Positions 10,452 to 19,700 are shown, counted from the first letter of the stretch. The stretch: DNA of 64,000 nt from an uncultured Acidobacteriota bacterium (GCA_963741955.1 CAVUKB010000005.1:672001-736000), one strand, 5' to 3'. The notes: generated by a model not told the origin, from the sequence alone. Numbers and translations: made by a program.

Positions 10452-11962
10452 TACGACTCCTTCTTCACGGTCGCGACCGCGTCGCGCCGCAGAACTGAAG
10501 TGAACAGATCGAACTGTCGGAGAGCCTGGGCTCTCAGGAAATCCATCCCGTCGAACGTCTTCGCTCCCGCGGCGTGCGCGGCGTCGAGCGCCGGCCGCGG
10601 CGTGGTGCCGTATGCGACGTCGACGTAAAGGACGCCGCGTCTCAGAAGGGAACGTGGGATCTCGACGCCGGCGGACGCCGGAAGCGTGTTGATCACCACG
10701 TCCGCATCCGCTGCCCGCAGCACGTCGAGCGAGGCGGAGCGGATTCCGAACTCCGACGCGAGCGATGCGGCTCGCGACGCAGTCCGGTTGTACAGAGTCG
10801 CCTCGAGGCCGTGTCGCCGGATCGCGACGAGCGCCGCGCGTGCGGTGCCGCCGGCTCCGATCACCGTCACCCGCGTGCCGTGCACCATCGCGAGTGCAGT
10901 GTTGAACCCGTCGACGTCGGTGTTCATCGCGACGACGGAGATCGTGCCCTCCTCGTTGCGTTTCCGCAGGAGCGTGTTCACGGCGCGGCACGCGAGAGCG
11001 TTCTCGCCGATCGTCGCGCGCGCGCCGAGGGAGCGCGCGAACTCGAACGCCCGCTCCTTGTAGGGTGCGGTGATGCTCACCCCGTCGGGCGTGTACGGCG
11101 CGCCGGAGAGCATGGCCCGTTCGATCTCGCCGAAGTCTTCCACTTCCGCGACGGTGTACGCCGCCGCCAGCTTCCTCTGCTGGAGCCGCGGGTTGTGGAT
11201 CGACGGCGAGAGGCTGTGCGCCGCAGGAAGTCCGGTCACCGCGAAGATCGCGTCGGGGCGCGGAAGCGCGGCGAGCTCGGGACCGAAGATCGCAGCCGCG
11301 CGCTCGAGCGTCAGTTGGCCCGGCGCGGCGAGGGATGCGTCGTCCGCGGCGAGATACGTCAGCTCCGATCCGTAGAACGGCGCGAGAATCCGACTGTAGA
11401 GGCCTTTCGATCCCATCCCGAAGATGGTGGTTCCGCGCGGCGCGTCGTCGATCGCTTCGAGGAGGCGGATGTTGTCGTCCAGTGTGCGAGGAGTCGCGAC
11501 GAGCTTGATCCGTTCCGCGCCGGTGCGGCGCATCTCGGCGAGGAGCGTGTCGAGATCGGGAACGCCATCGAAGTCGTGAAACGAGAGAATGAGCCGCGGA
11601 GCGAGAGTCAATAGGCGATCACGATCCGCGTGGGAGCCGAATTCGAGATCGGCGAGATCGAAGCCCGCCTCGAGCGCCCGCTCGAGCTCCCCGATCTCAC
11701 TCCCTCCCATCCCCGCGGGTGATCTCCTCGTCGCGATGAGAAGGCGCGAGGTCGCGTTGCGAAGGGCGGCGAAATCGGGGAGGGCGCCGTTCGCGAACCG
11801 GTCGAGACGGATCTCGAATCCGTCCGCGCGGGCTTCGAGCTCGCCGATCCGTGCAATCGCCAGATCGACGGTCGGCTCGACGATCGAGACGATGCGGCGC
11901 GGCCGGACGTCGACCGGCGACGTCGCGGAAGGTCTCGAGCTCTGCGGATTGATCTCGTTCAA
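10451..11962 (-). CDS. Bifunctional type I 3-dehydroquinate dehydratase / shikimate dehydrogenase (AroD-AroE fusion); TTG start uncertain
   Basis: AroD part: EIRLD, SFHDF, IKLV, APGQ. AroE part: HSLSP, TAPYK, AVNT, NTD, GAGGTARA. Confidence 0.9.
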   Translation of the reverse strand: MNEINPQSSRPSATSPVDVRPRRIVSIVEPTVDLAIARIGELEARADGFEIRLDRFANGALPDFAALRNATSRLLIATRRSPAGMGGSEIGELERALEAGFDLADLEFGSHADRDRLLTLAPRLILSFHDFDGVPDLDTLLAEMRRTGAERIKLVATPRTLDDNIRLLEAIDDAPRGTTIFGMGSKGLYSRILAPFYGSELTYLAADDASLAAPGQLTLERAAAIFGPELAALPRPDAIFAVTGLPAAHSLSPSIHNPRLQQRKLAAAYTVAEVEDFGEIERAMLSGAPYTPDGVSITAPYKERAFEFARSLGARATIGENALACRAVNTLLRKRNEEGTISVVAMNTDVDGFNTALAMVHGTRVTVIGAGGTARAALVAIRRHGLEATLYNRTASRAASLASEFGIRSASLDVLRAADADVVINTLPASAGVEIPRSLLRRGVLYVDVAYGTTPRPALDAAHAAGAKTFDGMDFLRAQALRQFDLFTSVLRRDAVATVKKES

Positions 11963-11998
11963 ATGAAAAACCTCTTCAGGGTTTCCCGAGAAGAGGTC
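11961..11998 (-). terminator. Attenuator intrinsic terminator upstream of aroDE
   Basis: Minus strand reads ACCTCTTC-TCGGGAAACCCT-GAAGAGGT followed by TTTTCATTT. Confidence 0.85.
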
Positions 11999-12068
11999 TG
12001 AACGTCGGCTGAATTTCTGTCCGTCGCGCCTCTACCCGGGTGACCAGGGGGCGCGGATACAGCGTCCC

Positions 12069-12125
12069 CTAGTGGGTCAGGTGCCACCACCAATAACCAA
12101 AAAAGGAGACGCGGGTGCAAGTCAT
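12069..12125 (-). CDS. Leader peptide MTCTRVSFFGYWWWHLTH (Phe/Tyr/Trp/His control codons)
   Basis: 18-codon ORF with TTT TTT GGT TAT TGG TGG TGG CAC, between a promoter and a terminator that precede the aro/trp operon. Confidence 0.88.
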   Translation of the reverse strand: MTCTRVSFFGYWWWHLTH

Positions 12126-12135
12126 GAGCTGCGAA

Positions 12136-12164
12136 AGATTAGCTACGCCCGCGACGGATGTCAA
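12136..12164 (-). promoter_or_regulatory. Sigma70-type promoter of the aro-his-trp leader
   Basis: Minus strand TTGACA-17 nt-TAATCT, ending 10 nt before the leader ATG. Confidence 0.8.
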
Positions 12165-12435
12165 GCACCGCGTCGCGGACTCCGTCAGCCAACGCCGCAA
12201 TGGACCTACACGGCGCCGCCCCGCCACCAATCGACCGGAGATCTCTCCATTGCGCCATTGCCAACTCAGCACAACCCACGTCCCCGGCAGAAGCGGAGCG
12301 GGATCGCAAGACCCACCGACGCTCCGCGCACATCCACAACTCCCTCTTCATCGCGTACAACACCATCCACGCGGCAAATCCCGCCGAGCGGGATCCGCAC
12401 TCCTCGGCCGCAGCCGGGCCGCTATACTCGAACGG

Positions 12436-12915
12436 ATGAGCGACGCGACTTCCACCTCGATCACGGCTCGCCTCCGTACATGGCTCGACGCCGAAGGGGT
12501 GAGCTACCGCTTTGTCGAACATGAACCGACGCGGACGTCGGAAGAGTCCGCGGCTGCACGCGGCGAGCGGCTGGAGATCGGTGCGAAGGCGCTCCTGCTG
12601 AAGGCAGACGAGACGTTCGTTCTGATGGTCCTCAGCGCCGCGCGCAAGCTCGACTCCCACGCCGTCCGGAAGCACTTCGGTGCGAGCCGGCTCCGATTCG
12701 CGACTCGCGAAGAGCTCCTCGAGCGGACCGGCCTCCCCTCGGGTGCCGTTCCCCCATTCGGCCCTCCGATTTTCGATCTCCCCCTCTACATCGACCGCTC
12801 CGTCACCTCGAACGAGAAAGCGGCCTTCAACGCCGGAAGCCTCACCTGCTCGATCATCATGCCGACCGCCGACTATCTCCGCCTCGCCCGTGGGACGTTC
12901 GTCGACGTCACCTGA
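12436..12915 (+). CDS. YbaK/ProX-family aminoacyl-tRNA deacylase
   Basis: HEPTRTSEESA, AKALLLK, GAVPPFG, FNAG; TATACT 7 nt upstream of ATG. Confidence 0.85.
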   Translation: MSDATSTSITARLRTWLDAEGVSYRFVEHEPTRTSEESAAARGERLEIGAKALLLKADETFVLMVLSAARKLDSHAVRKHFGASRLRFATREELLERTGLPSGAVPPFGPPIFDLPLYIDRSVTSNEKAAFNAGSLTCSIIMPTADYLRLARGTFVDVT

Positions 12916-13140
12916 GGACTCGAGGTTCGAAGGTTCAAACCGCTCTCGATGGCGACAGGAGTGGCGACTCCCATCCTCTCACTTCACAGAAGAAAATGCG
13001 GCCAATGCGTAGATTCGCAGAATAATATTCTGTGGCGCCGCACTTTACGCGCATTTTGTTGCGTGTACCGAACGAGGCCATGAATCCTTCGGGACCGTCT
13101 CCGTCAGATTTCACCCGATGACCAGGAGATTCATCCGTAG

Positions 13141-13337
13141 TCGATCCTCGATCCCCGATCCTCAATCCTCAATCCTCAATCCTCAATCCTCGATCCTCGA
13201 TCCTCGATCCTCGATCCCCGATCCTCAATCCTCAATCCTCAATCCTCGATCCTCGATCCTCGATCCCCGATCCTCAATCCCCGTTCCTCGATCCTCGATC
13301 CTCAATCCTCGATCCTCGATCCCCGGTCCTCGATCCT
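13141..13337. repeat. Heptamer tandem tract (GATCCTC/AATCCTC)n
   Basis: About 28 degenerate heptamers read directly; overlaps the 3' end of the symporter gene. Confidence 0.95.
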
Positions 13338-14779
13338 CTGCGGCGCGCTCTCGACTCGACCACGACCGCCGCGCCGTATGCCAGGGCTGCGGCGATCGCT
13401 GCAACGAGGATGTATCCGAGGCCCGATGTCCGCACCGACGCCGGTTCGATCACGCCGAGCCACCCTCGCGATTCGGCGAAATACGCGGCGAATGTCGCGA
13501 CGAAGCCGGTGATCGAAGACCAGCGGACGCCCGCGGCCGACACCTCGGGGGCAAATACCGCGGCGACGGGAAACGCGACGGCGGTGGTGAGAATCCCGCC
13601 GGAGAGATAGAAGATCGACCAGAGTGACTCGGTGTTCAGGGCGAACACGCACGCTGCAGCCATGACCCCGATCGTCACCCATCGCGACGTCCGGCTCGAC
13701 GCTGCGTTCTTCTGCACCTCGAGAAGGTCGTATGCGATCGCCAGTCCCATCACGTTCGCGCAGGTGTCGATGGTGCTCATCGCGGCAGCGACCAGCCCCG
13801 CCGCCACGAGCATCTCCAGCCAGGCCGGCGCGTAGCGCGTGACCAGGGCTGCGAAGATCGCGTCTCCCTCCTGCCCGATCGACGCGGGGATCGAGCCGTT
13901 GTGCAGCGGGAAGAGAACCAGCGCGGCGATGCCGATGAAGAGGGGGAGGATTCCGACGAACGCGATCGAGTTGAGCCCTGCGATGAGCACTCCCCGTCGC
14001 GCGTCGCGATCGCTCCGCGCCGCCTGGACCCGGAGCCAGAGATCGGTCTCGAAAAGCCATCCCGGCAGATATGCGACGAACGTGAGAATGATGATCGCGA
14101 CGCCCGGGGAAAAGAGAGAGGTCCAGCCGGTTCCCGACTTCGCGGCGTGCACCGATGCCGGAGGAATCAGCGGAGCGCCCGCGGCGTGAAGCCCACGCAC
14201 TGCGAGGATGCCCATCGCCACGATGTAGAGAACGACGATGACGTACTGCATCCGATCCGTATCGACCACCGCGCGGAATCCGCCGAGCGACGAATAGATC
14301 GCCACGACGAGGCTGATGCCGACGACGGTGGTCGGGATCGCGAGACCGAGCGGCGATGCGAGGAGCCGCGCAGCAACGTAGATCTCCGCGCCACCCCACA
14401 CCAGAAAGACCACCGCCAGCGAGATCGCGACGCTGACGCGGGCTCCCCGGCCGAACCTCGCGCCGACCATCTCCGGCTGACTGAAAGAGGGAAGCGCGTG
14501 GTAACGCCGTGCGAGAAGGTAGATGCCACCGAGACTGAGCACCCACGGAATCGTGATCAGCCAGACTGCACCGAGTCCGTACCAGTAGAACAGCTGTACG
14601 GCGTAGACGCACGACCACGACACGGACATGAATCCAGCGGACATCGAGAGGCCGACCGATCCGCCGCCGAGGCTGCGCCCCGCGGTCCAGAACTCTCCCG
14701 GATCCTCGGCGCGCCGGCTGGCGCGCCATCCGAGCGCAATCGCGGCGAGCGAGTAGAGTAGGACAGCGAGCCGGACCAA
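13274..14779 (-). CDS. Sodium:solute symporter (SSS) family transporter; start uncertain (TTG 14779, frame open to 14962)
   Basis: FWTAGRSLG, RFG, YSSLGGFRAVVDTD, QAARS, AAAMSTID; many TM segments. Confidence 0.88.
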   Translation of the reverse strand: MVRLAVLLYSLAAIALGWRASRRAEDPGEFWTAGRSLGGGSVGLSMSAGFMSVSWSCVYAVQLFYWYGLGAVWLITIPWVLSLGGIYLLARRYHALPSFSQPEMVGARFGRGARVSVAISLAVVFLVWGGAEIYVAARLLASPLGLAIPTTVVGISLVVAIYSSLGGFRAVVDTDRMQYVIVVLYIVAMGILAVRGLHAAGAPLIPPASVHAAKSGTGWTSLFSPGVAIIILTFVAYLPGWLFETDLWLRVQAARSDRDARRGVLIAGLNSIAFVGILPLFIGIAALVLFPLHNGSIPASIGQEGDAIFAALVTRYAPAWLEMLVAAGLVAAAMSTIDTCANVMGLAIAYDLLEVQKNAASSRTSRWVTIGVMAAACVFALNTESLWSIFYLSGGILTTAVAFPVAAVFAPEVSAAGVRWSSITGFVATFAAYFAESRGWLGVIEPASVRTSGLGYILVAAIAAALAYGAAVVVESRARRRGSRTGDRGSRIEDRGSRNGD

Positions 14780-14972
14780 GATGAGGTGTTTTAGCGCAAC
14801 ATCGGGGGTCGTGTCGACACCATTCCTCGCGGCGCTCATCCTCGTCGTGTCGTGAGATGACCACGAAGCCAGCGGGGGCTTCGCGTTCGGGGAGCGAATC
14901 AAATCACGTCCTGCTGGCGTGATCGTTTCCATGTCGTCGGGCTCGTTGTCCGTGGCGCTCACGAATTCCCGA

Positions 14973-15173
14973 AGGCGGACGTCTTCGGACGACGATCAGT
15001 CCGCGGAACGAACACCACATCTGCAGCCCAGGGCGGCAGCCCTGGGACTGGAGATCCCGCGAAACAATGTGCGCAGTCCGCGTAGCGGACGTCACGGGTC
15101 GAGCCAGGATTCGAACAGGTCGCCCCAGGGCGCACGCGCTGGGCTACTCTTGTGCCGTCCACTTCGCGGACTC
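14973..15173. repeat. REPIN-like element, family B (AGTCCGCGGAGCGGAC / AGCCCAGGGCGGCAGCCCTGGG)
   Basis: About 75 bp at the 5' end and about 33 bp at the 3' end match 19918-20034; ends are inverted. Confidence 0.75.
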
Positions 15174-15302
15174 GTCACACATCATTCGGCGCCACGCCAC
15201 GCACGCGCGAAGGCGATCATCGCGACCGCGAACGCGCCCCTGCCCGAGTCCGGCTGCGCCGCTGGAAGAACGCACCAGGAACCCTGTGTTATCGTCACAG
15301 CC

Positions 15303-15512
15303 ATGAAGGTCTACACGGCGGTCGTCGAGCGCTGTCCCGATACCGGTCTGTACGTCGGCTTCGTCCCCGGCTTTCCGGGTGCGCACAGCCAGGCAGAATC
15401 GCCGGAGGAACTGAACGCGAATCTTCGAGAAGTCATCGAGATGCTGCTCGAGGATGGCGAGCCTCACGTGCAGTCGGAATTCATCGGTACGCAGCTCGTT
15501 CGAGTGGGCTGA
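15303..15512 (+). CDS. hicB: HicB-family antitoxin
   Basis: YTAVVE..DTGLYVGFVPGFPGAHSQAES.EEL..NL.EVIE pattern; CTGTG-N7-CACAG inverted repeat over the -10. Confidence 0.88.
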   Translation: MKVYTAVVERCPDTGLYVGFVPGFPGAHSQAESPEELNANLREVIEMLLEDGEPHVQSEFIGTQLVRVG

Positions 15513-15515
15513 GAA

Positions 15516-15626
15516 GCGCCGAAACTACCAGTCCTGAAACCTCGCGAGGTCGTCGCCGTTCTTGGGAAACTCGGCTTCGCCGAAGTCCGACAGCGCGGCT
15601 CACACAAGCAGTTTCGACACGGGGAT
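15516..15626 (+). pseudogene. hicA: HicA toxin remnant (no start codon, C-terminal half missing)
   Basis: Translates as PKLPVLKPREVVAVLGKLGFAEVRQRGSHKQFRHGD; GCG where the start would be; similarity is lost after RHGD. Confidence 0.75.
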
Positions 15627-15681
15627 CGATCCGTTGTGAACAGGGAAGAGGACCAGCGCGACGAGACCGCGCGGCCGGGCT

Positions 15682-17022
15682 TCATCGCTCTGTACGAGCT
15701 ACTCCGTTCGTCTTTCGGAACGACTGCTGGTCCGTGAGTCGCAACACCTCGGAGATCGCCAGGATCACCGCGCCGACTCCGTAGTTCACGTCCGCATTGA
15801 CGGATGTCACCACGTCACACGCCGGCCCGATTCCCGGAGGTTGGATCCCGCTGACCGAGCCGTCCGGAGCGATCCGGCCGAGGAGAACGCCGAAGGCCCG
15901 CATGACGACCGGCGCGTACGTCTCGCGGTCGAGCCAACCTTCGTTGATTCCGCGCGCGAGGAAGAACGTCAGTAAGCCGGTCGCCGAGGTCTCCGCGGAC
16001 GGACAGAAAGCAGGATCCGAAAGGCTCGCCCCCCATCCGCCGTCGGGCGTGCGCCGTGCCACGAGCGAAGACGCCATCCCTTTGAGAAGACCGCGGATCG
16101 CGGGGGCATCGACCACTTCGACGTACTGACTCCCTCCATACGGCGAGTCGAGCGCCTCGGCGGATCGCAGCAGCCCAACCGCGACCCACGCGTTCCCCCG
16201 GCCCCAGAATCGATCCGCTCCGCGATCCTCCGGCGCGTGGAAGAAGAGACCGGATTGATCATCGAAGAGAAGAAGGCCGTTGCGGGACGGATTCGTCGGA
16301 ACCGCCACGACCCGCGGATCGGAACTGGAGGGGCGATGGTCGTAGACGTAGGCCTCGATCCATTCGTAGGCGAGATCGCGCGCCAGCGGATCCGCGGGAA
16401 GACCCTCGCGCGACGACCCCGCCATCGCCAGCCAGGGAATGACCATGTACACGTCGTCCTCCCAGTAGCGCGTCCCGTATCCACCGGCGATCCACCAGGG
16501 GTCGCGCGGAGAGGTCTCGTCCGGGCGATCCCGGATCGCATGACGCGCGAACTCGGTCGGACCGGCGAGAAGCGCGACGAGCTGCGAACGACGCGCATCG
16601 CCGGCGGGGAGCACGCGCACCAGATCCATTGCGACCTGCGAGAACGCCGTGCCGTCGCCCCAGCTCACTGACTCGACGTCATCGTCGCTCTCGAGAATCA
16701 CTGCGGCCGCGCGTTCGATCAGAGCGTCTCCGCTCCCCGGCTGTTCGCGGTTCAGTTCCTCTCCGAGGAGCACGAGCCCGTCGAGGAACGGTGCGTTCTC
16801 CCAATGGAGGCGCGGCTGGAACTGATCGATCCGCGCACTCTCCGCGACACGCACTGCGAGGTCGCGTATTGAGGCGCGCTGAGCGAGCGGATGCTCGACG
16901 GTCCGGTGCCGCGCGGCGAAGAGTGGGAGTGGCGATGCAACCACGAAGACGAGGGCACAGATGCCATGAGATCGGGCTCGGAAGAGGGCGGAGCACATCC
17001 TTTGCGCAGTTCGAGTCTTCAC
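15682..17022 (-). CDS. Secreted glycoside hydrolase, GH88/GH105-like (alpha/alpha)6 barrel
   Basis: WEDDVYM, LFFH, WGRGNAW, ETSAT, YGVGA motifs; signal-like N-terminus. Confidence 0.75.
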   Translation of the reverse strand: MKTRTAQRMCSALFRARSHGICALVFVVASPLPLFAARHRTVEHPLAQRASIRDLAVRVAESARIDQFQPRLHWENAPFLDGLVLLGEELNREQPGSGDALIERAAAVILESDDDVESVSWGDGTAFSQVAMDLVRVLPAGDARRSQLVALLAGPTEFARHAIRDRPDETSPRDPWWIAGGYGTRYWEDDVYMVIPWLAMAGSSREGLPADPLARDLAYEWIEAYVYDHRPSSSDPRVVAVPTNPSRNGLLLFDDQSGLFFHAPEDRGADRFWGRGNAWVAVGLLRSAEALDSPYGGSQYVEVVDAPAIRGLLKGMASSLVARRTPDGGWGASLSDPAFCPSAETSATGLLTFFLARGINEGWLDRETYAPVVMRAFGVLLGRIAPDGSVSGIQPPGIGPACDVVTSVNADVNYGVGAVILAISEVLRLTDQQSFRKTNGVARTER

Positions 17023-17084
17023 AGATCCACCTTTCCGTCGCCGTTTCGACCGCCCTACGCGTCAAGGGCCCACGGCCCGGGCCA

Positions 17085-17146
17085 TTTAAGCCCGTTTCCC
17101 ACGGCTGACCCCTGGGCTATCTATATGCCGTCCGCTTCGCGGACTG
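17085..17146. repeat. Partial family B REP element
   Basis: CCCACGGCTGACCCCTGGGCTA...TGCCGTCCGCTTCGCGGACT matches the 3' ends of the other copies. Confidence 0.65.
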
Positions 17147-17240
17147 GAGGTCGGACGACGCGCGATCACATTCCGGGCATCCCCGCGACATCGTGCGACT
17201 CATCTTAAGTCCCATCGAACCAAAGCGGACGTGAATGCCG

Positions 17241-19700
17241 TCACCAGAAGTTCGTCGGGTCTCCCGTCTTGTCGTCGACGATCGACACATACGCCCACGA
17301 CCCTCCCGGACCGGCTTCGGTCTTCTGTGGGAGCACGGTGAGGCCGTACACGCCGTCAGGGAGGTCGCCGACGAATGACTGGATGGGCGACTGGAGCGTC
17401 TCGTGCGGCTGGACGGTGACTGTGACCGACGCGACTTGCGTGCCTTCGGCGTCGTAGAGCGTGAGCTGCTCGGGGACAGCGTACGAGAGGCCGTTGTAGA
17501 GCCCGAGGTTCACGCGCGCGTTTTCACCGATGACGATTCCGGCGAAGTGCTGCACCGGATATCCCTTGATCGGGTAGAACGGAAGAATGTCGCCGTACGT
17601 CCCGCCGTCCGCACGCGTGGTGTACGTGCGGGCGTAGCCGGCGGTCCAGGCGCCGACGCGGACCTCGAGCGCGCCACGGACGTCCTGGCCGGCGCAGTTC
17701 GGGAACTGGCCGACGACGTCGGAATAGATGTCGAGCAAGAGCGGCTGCGACCCTTCCCTGGGAATGATCTCTCTCATCAGACCGCTCGAATCCGTCGTGC
17801 CGGCCTGGCACGGCCCGCCGGACGCGGGGTAGAACCACGCGAGGGGACTTCCCGTTTCGCGAGTGGGGTCGTCAGGAGGATCCGGCTCGAGGAACGTGCC
17901 GTAGAGGTCCGTCCTCCAGCGGGTGCCGTTGGCGCCCTTCGTCTCACCCACCGCGGGGATGGCCATGGTCGTCACCCTGTCGGGCTGGATCTCGAAAAGC
18001 GTGTAGGGAACGAAGCTCGCGTCGCCGGTCCGGTTGTCGACGACCGAGATCCATACCGGGATCGAGTGGTCGCCGAACACGAGGAGCTGGTAGAGCGGAG
18101 GTGCCCCCGAATCGGGCGTGAACATCTGCTCCGCATTGAAGTTGATCACGGAGTGCGGGGGAACGACGACCTCGTTCAACGGGCACTCGAATGGACAGTG
18201 GAATGACTCGAACCCCAGATGGACCGGATCGTCCCCGTCGTTGACAGCGCCGATGTTGTGCCGGAACCGACCGGGGTCGCGCTCGTCGATGACGAACTTC
18301 GGCTCCGTCACCATCGGTCCGGGAAAGCCGACGTCGGATGGACTCGAGAGATGGTTCGCGTACCCGTTCTCCGAGGGGACGGCGGGGATCGACTGACCGT
18401 AACTCCCGCCGTCGGCAGCCGGAGTCCACGTTCTCGACTGCACTGCGAGCTGCGCACTCCATTCGTACGGAGCGTCGATCACGAGCGCATCCGTCGTGGT
18501 GCCATCGCCGCCCTGGTCGGCGGAACCGCCGCCGAGGGAGCCGAGGACGTCGTCGATGGCGACCGATGCATGAGGTGCGAGCGTGACGTCGCGCGACCGG
18601 CCTGGAGCGGCGACGCGACGCATAGTGAACGTCACGTTCTCGTCTGCCGGGTTGTAGATCCAGAGGTCGCTCCGCCAGCTCGTTCTGTTGGCGCCGCGCG
18701 CTTTGCCGATCGCGGGGACGATCTGCAGATAGCGCGCGGGCGGCTCGGCGGGAATGCGTGTCATCGACGACGGGAGCTGTTCGGGCTGCGGAGTGAGATC
18801 GAACGCCGGTGAGCCGTCGAGAGGAATGACGCGGAGCTTCGCTCGCTGCGCGGGAGGAAGGCTCGGATTCTCGCTTGCGCTGAGAAGTGCGTCCATCAGG
18901 GGATCGTAGACGAGGCTCTCGGTGTGGAACGGCTCCGTCTCTCCCGACCGCCAGGTCTCGTCCTTCACGACCTCCATGCTTCCGAGACCGCCTCCGACGA
19001 GCGGCACTCTGGTGAGACGCTCCGACCAGAGTCCTTCCTGGAGCACGGTCGTATATCGGAACCAGAACGCGTGTCGTTTCGTGTCGAGGGCGATGTGCTT
19101 CATCGGCTCCTCGAGGCGGGCGAAGAGAGTCAGCGATTCGTCGGAAGGATCGAGTGAGCGGCGCTCCAGAAGGTCGAAGCGGGTCTTGCCGCTCGTCGGC
19201 TGGTCGTATCCCGGAGGCTGCATCGACGGGCAGATGGCGACGACGTCCCCCATCGGCGAGCAGAGCGGGAATCCGTACACACCCGAAGAGATGCCGAGCG
19301 AGTGCGCCATCTCGTGAGTGACGATCGAGCCCTGGAAGAACCAGCCGCCCCACTGACCAAGGCCCTGGTACCTCCGGAGGAGCCGCATCGTGGCGAGATC
19401 GTACTCGAGGTAGGCCCCTCCCTCGACGACGATCCGGTCATAGTACGCGCCGAGTGCGGCGTCGCGTCCCGTCTCGTTCAGACCGAAGAGGAGGGGCGTG
19501 AGGAACTCGTACGTCCCCTTCTCCACGTCGTAGCGCCAGATCCCTTCGCCATATTGCGGATATCGCCACTCCGCGCCCAGAGGCGGCCCGACAGTCAGGC
19601 GCGTCACATAGAGATCGTGCGCGAGGGCTTCGTGGGTGGACTGCGCAACGAGAGGAGCGACAGTAAGGAGTGAGAGAAGGAGTGTCAGTATGGTCTTCAT
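17241..19700 (-). CDS. Large secreted protein with two internal repeat domains, function unknown
   Basis: Signal peptide; duplicated motifs PA.G...GAN.T.WR.DL, .RT.T...DGG.YG, S.VD..TGD. Confidence 0.8.
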   Translation of the reverse strand: MKTILTLLLSLLTVAPLVAQSTHEALAHDLYVTRLTVGPPLGAEWRYPQYGEGIWRYDVEKGTYEFLTPLLFGLNETGRDAALGAYYDRIVVEGGAYLEYDLATMRLLRRYQGLGQWGGWFFQGSIVTHEMAHSLGISSGVYGFPLCSPMGDVVAICPSMQPPGYDQPTSGKTRFDLLERRSLDPSDESLTLFARLEEPMKHIALDTKRHAFWFRYTTVLQEGLWSERLTRVPLVGGGLGSMEVVKDETWRSGETEPFHTESLVYDPLMDALLSASENPSLPPAQRAKLRVIPLDGSPAFDLTPQPEQLPSSMTRIPAEPPARYLQIVPAIGKARGANRTSWRSDLWIYNPADENVTFTMRRVAAPGRSRDVTLAPHASVAIDDVLGSLGGGSADQGGDGTTTDALVIDAPYEWSAQLAVQSRTWTPAADGGSYGQSIPAVPSENGYANHLSSPSDVGFPGPMVTEPKFVIDERDPGRFRHNIGAVNDGDDPVHLGFESFHCPFECPLNEVVVPPHSVINFNAEQMFTPDSGAPPLYQLLVFGDHSIPVWISVVDNRTGDASFVPYTLFEIQPDRVTTMAIPAVGETKGANGTRWRTDLYGTFLEPDPPDDPTRETGSPLAWFYPASGGPCQAGTTDSSGLMREIIPREGSQPLLLDIYSDVVGQFPNCAGQDVRGALEVRVGAWTAGYARTYTTRADGGTYGDILPFYPIKGYPVQHFAGIVIGENARVNLGLYNGLSYAVPEQLTLYDAEGTQVASVTVTVQPHETLQSPIQSFVGDLPDGVYGLTVLPQKTEAGPGGSWAYVSIVDDKTGDPTNFW

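Noticed and set aside
10451-11962. AroD-AroE fusion as a novelty
   Set aside because: Such fusions are already known in plants and several bacterial phyla.
13118-13627. ORFs with SSILDPR / IEDRGSR repeats (also 55178-55639, 55767-56510)
   Set aside because: They are translations of heptamer DNA tracts.
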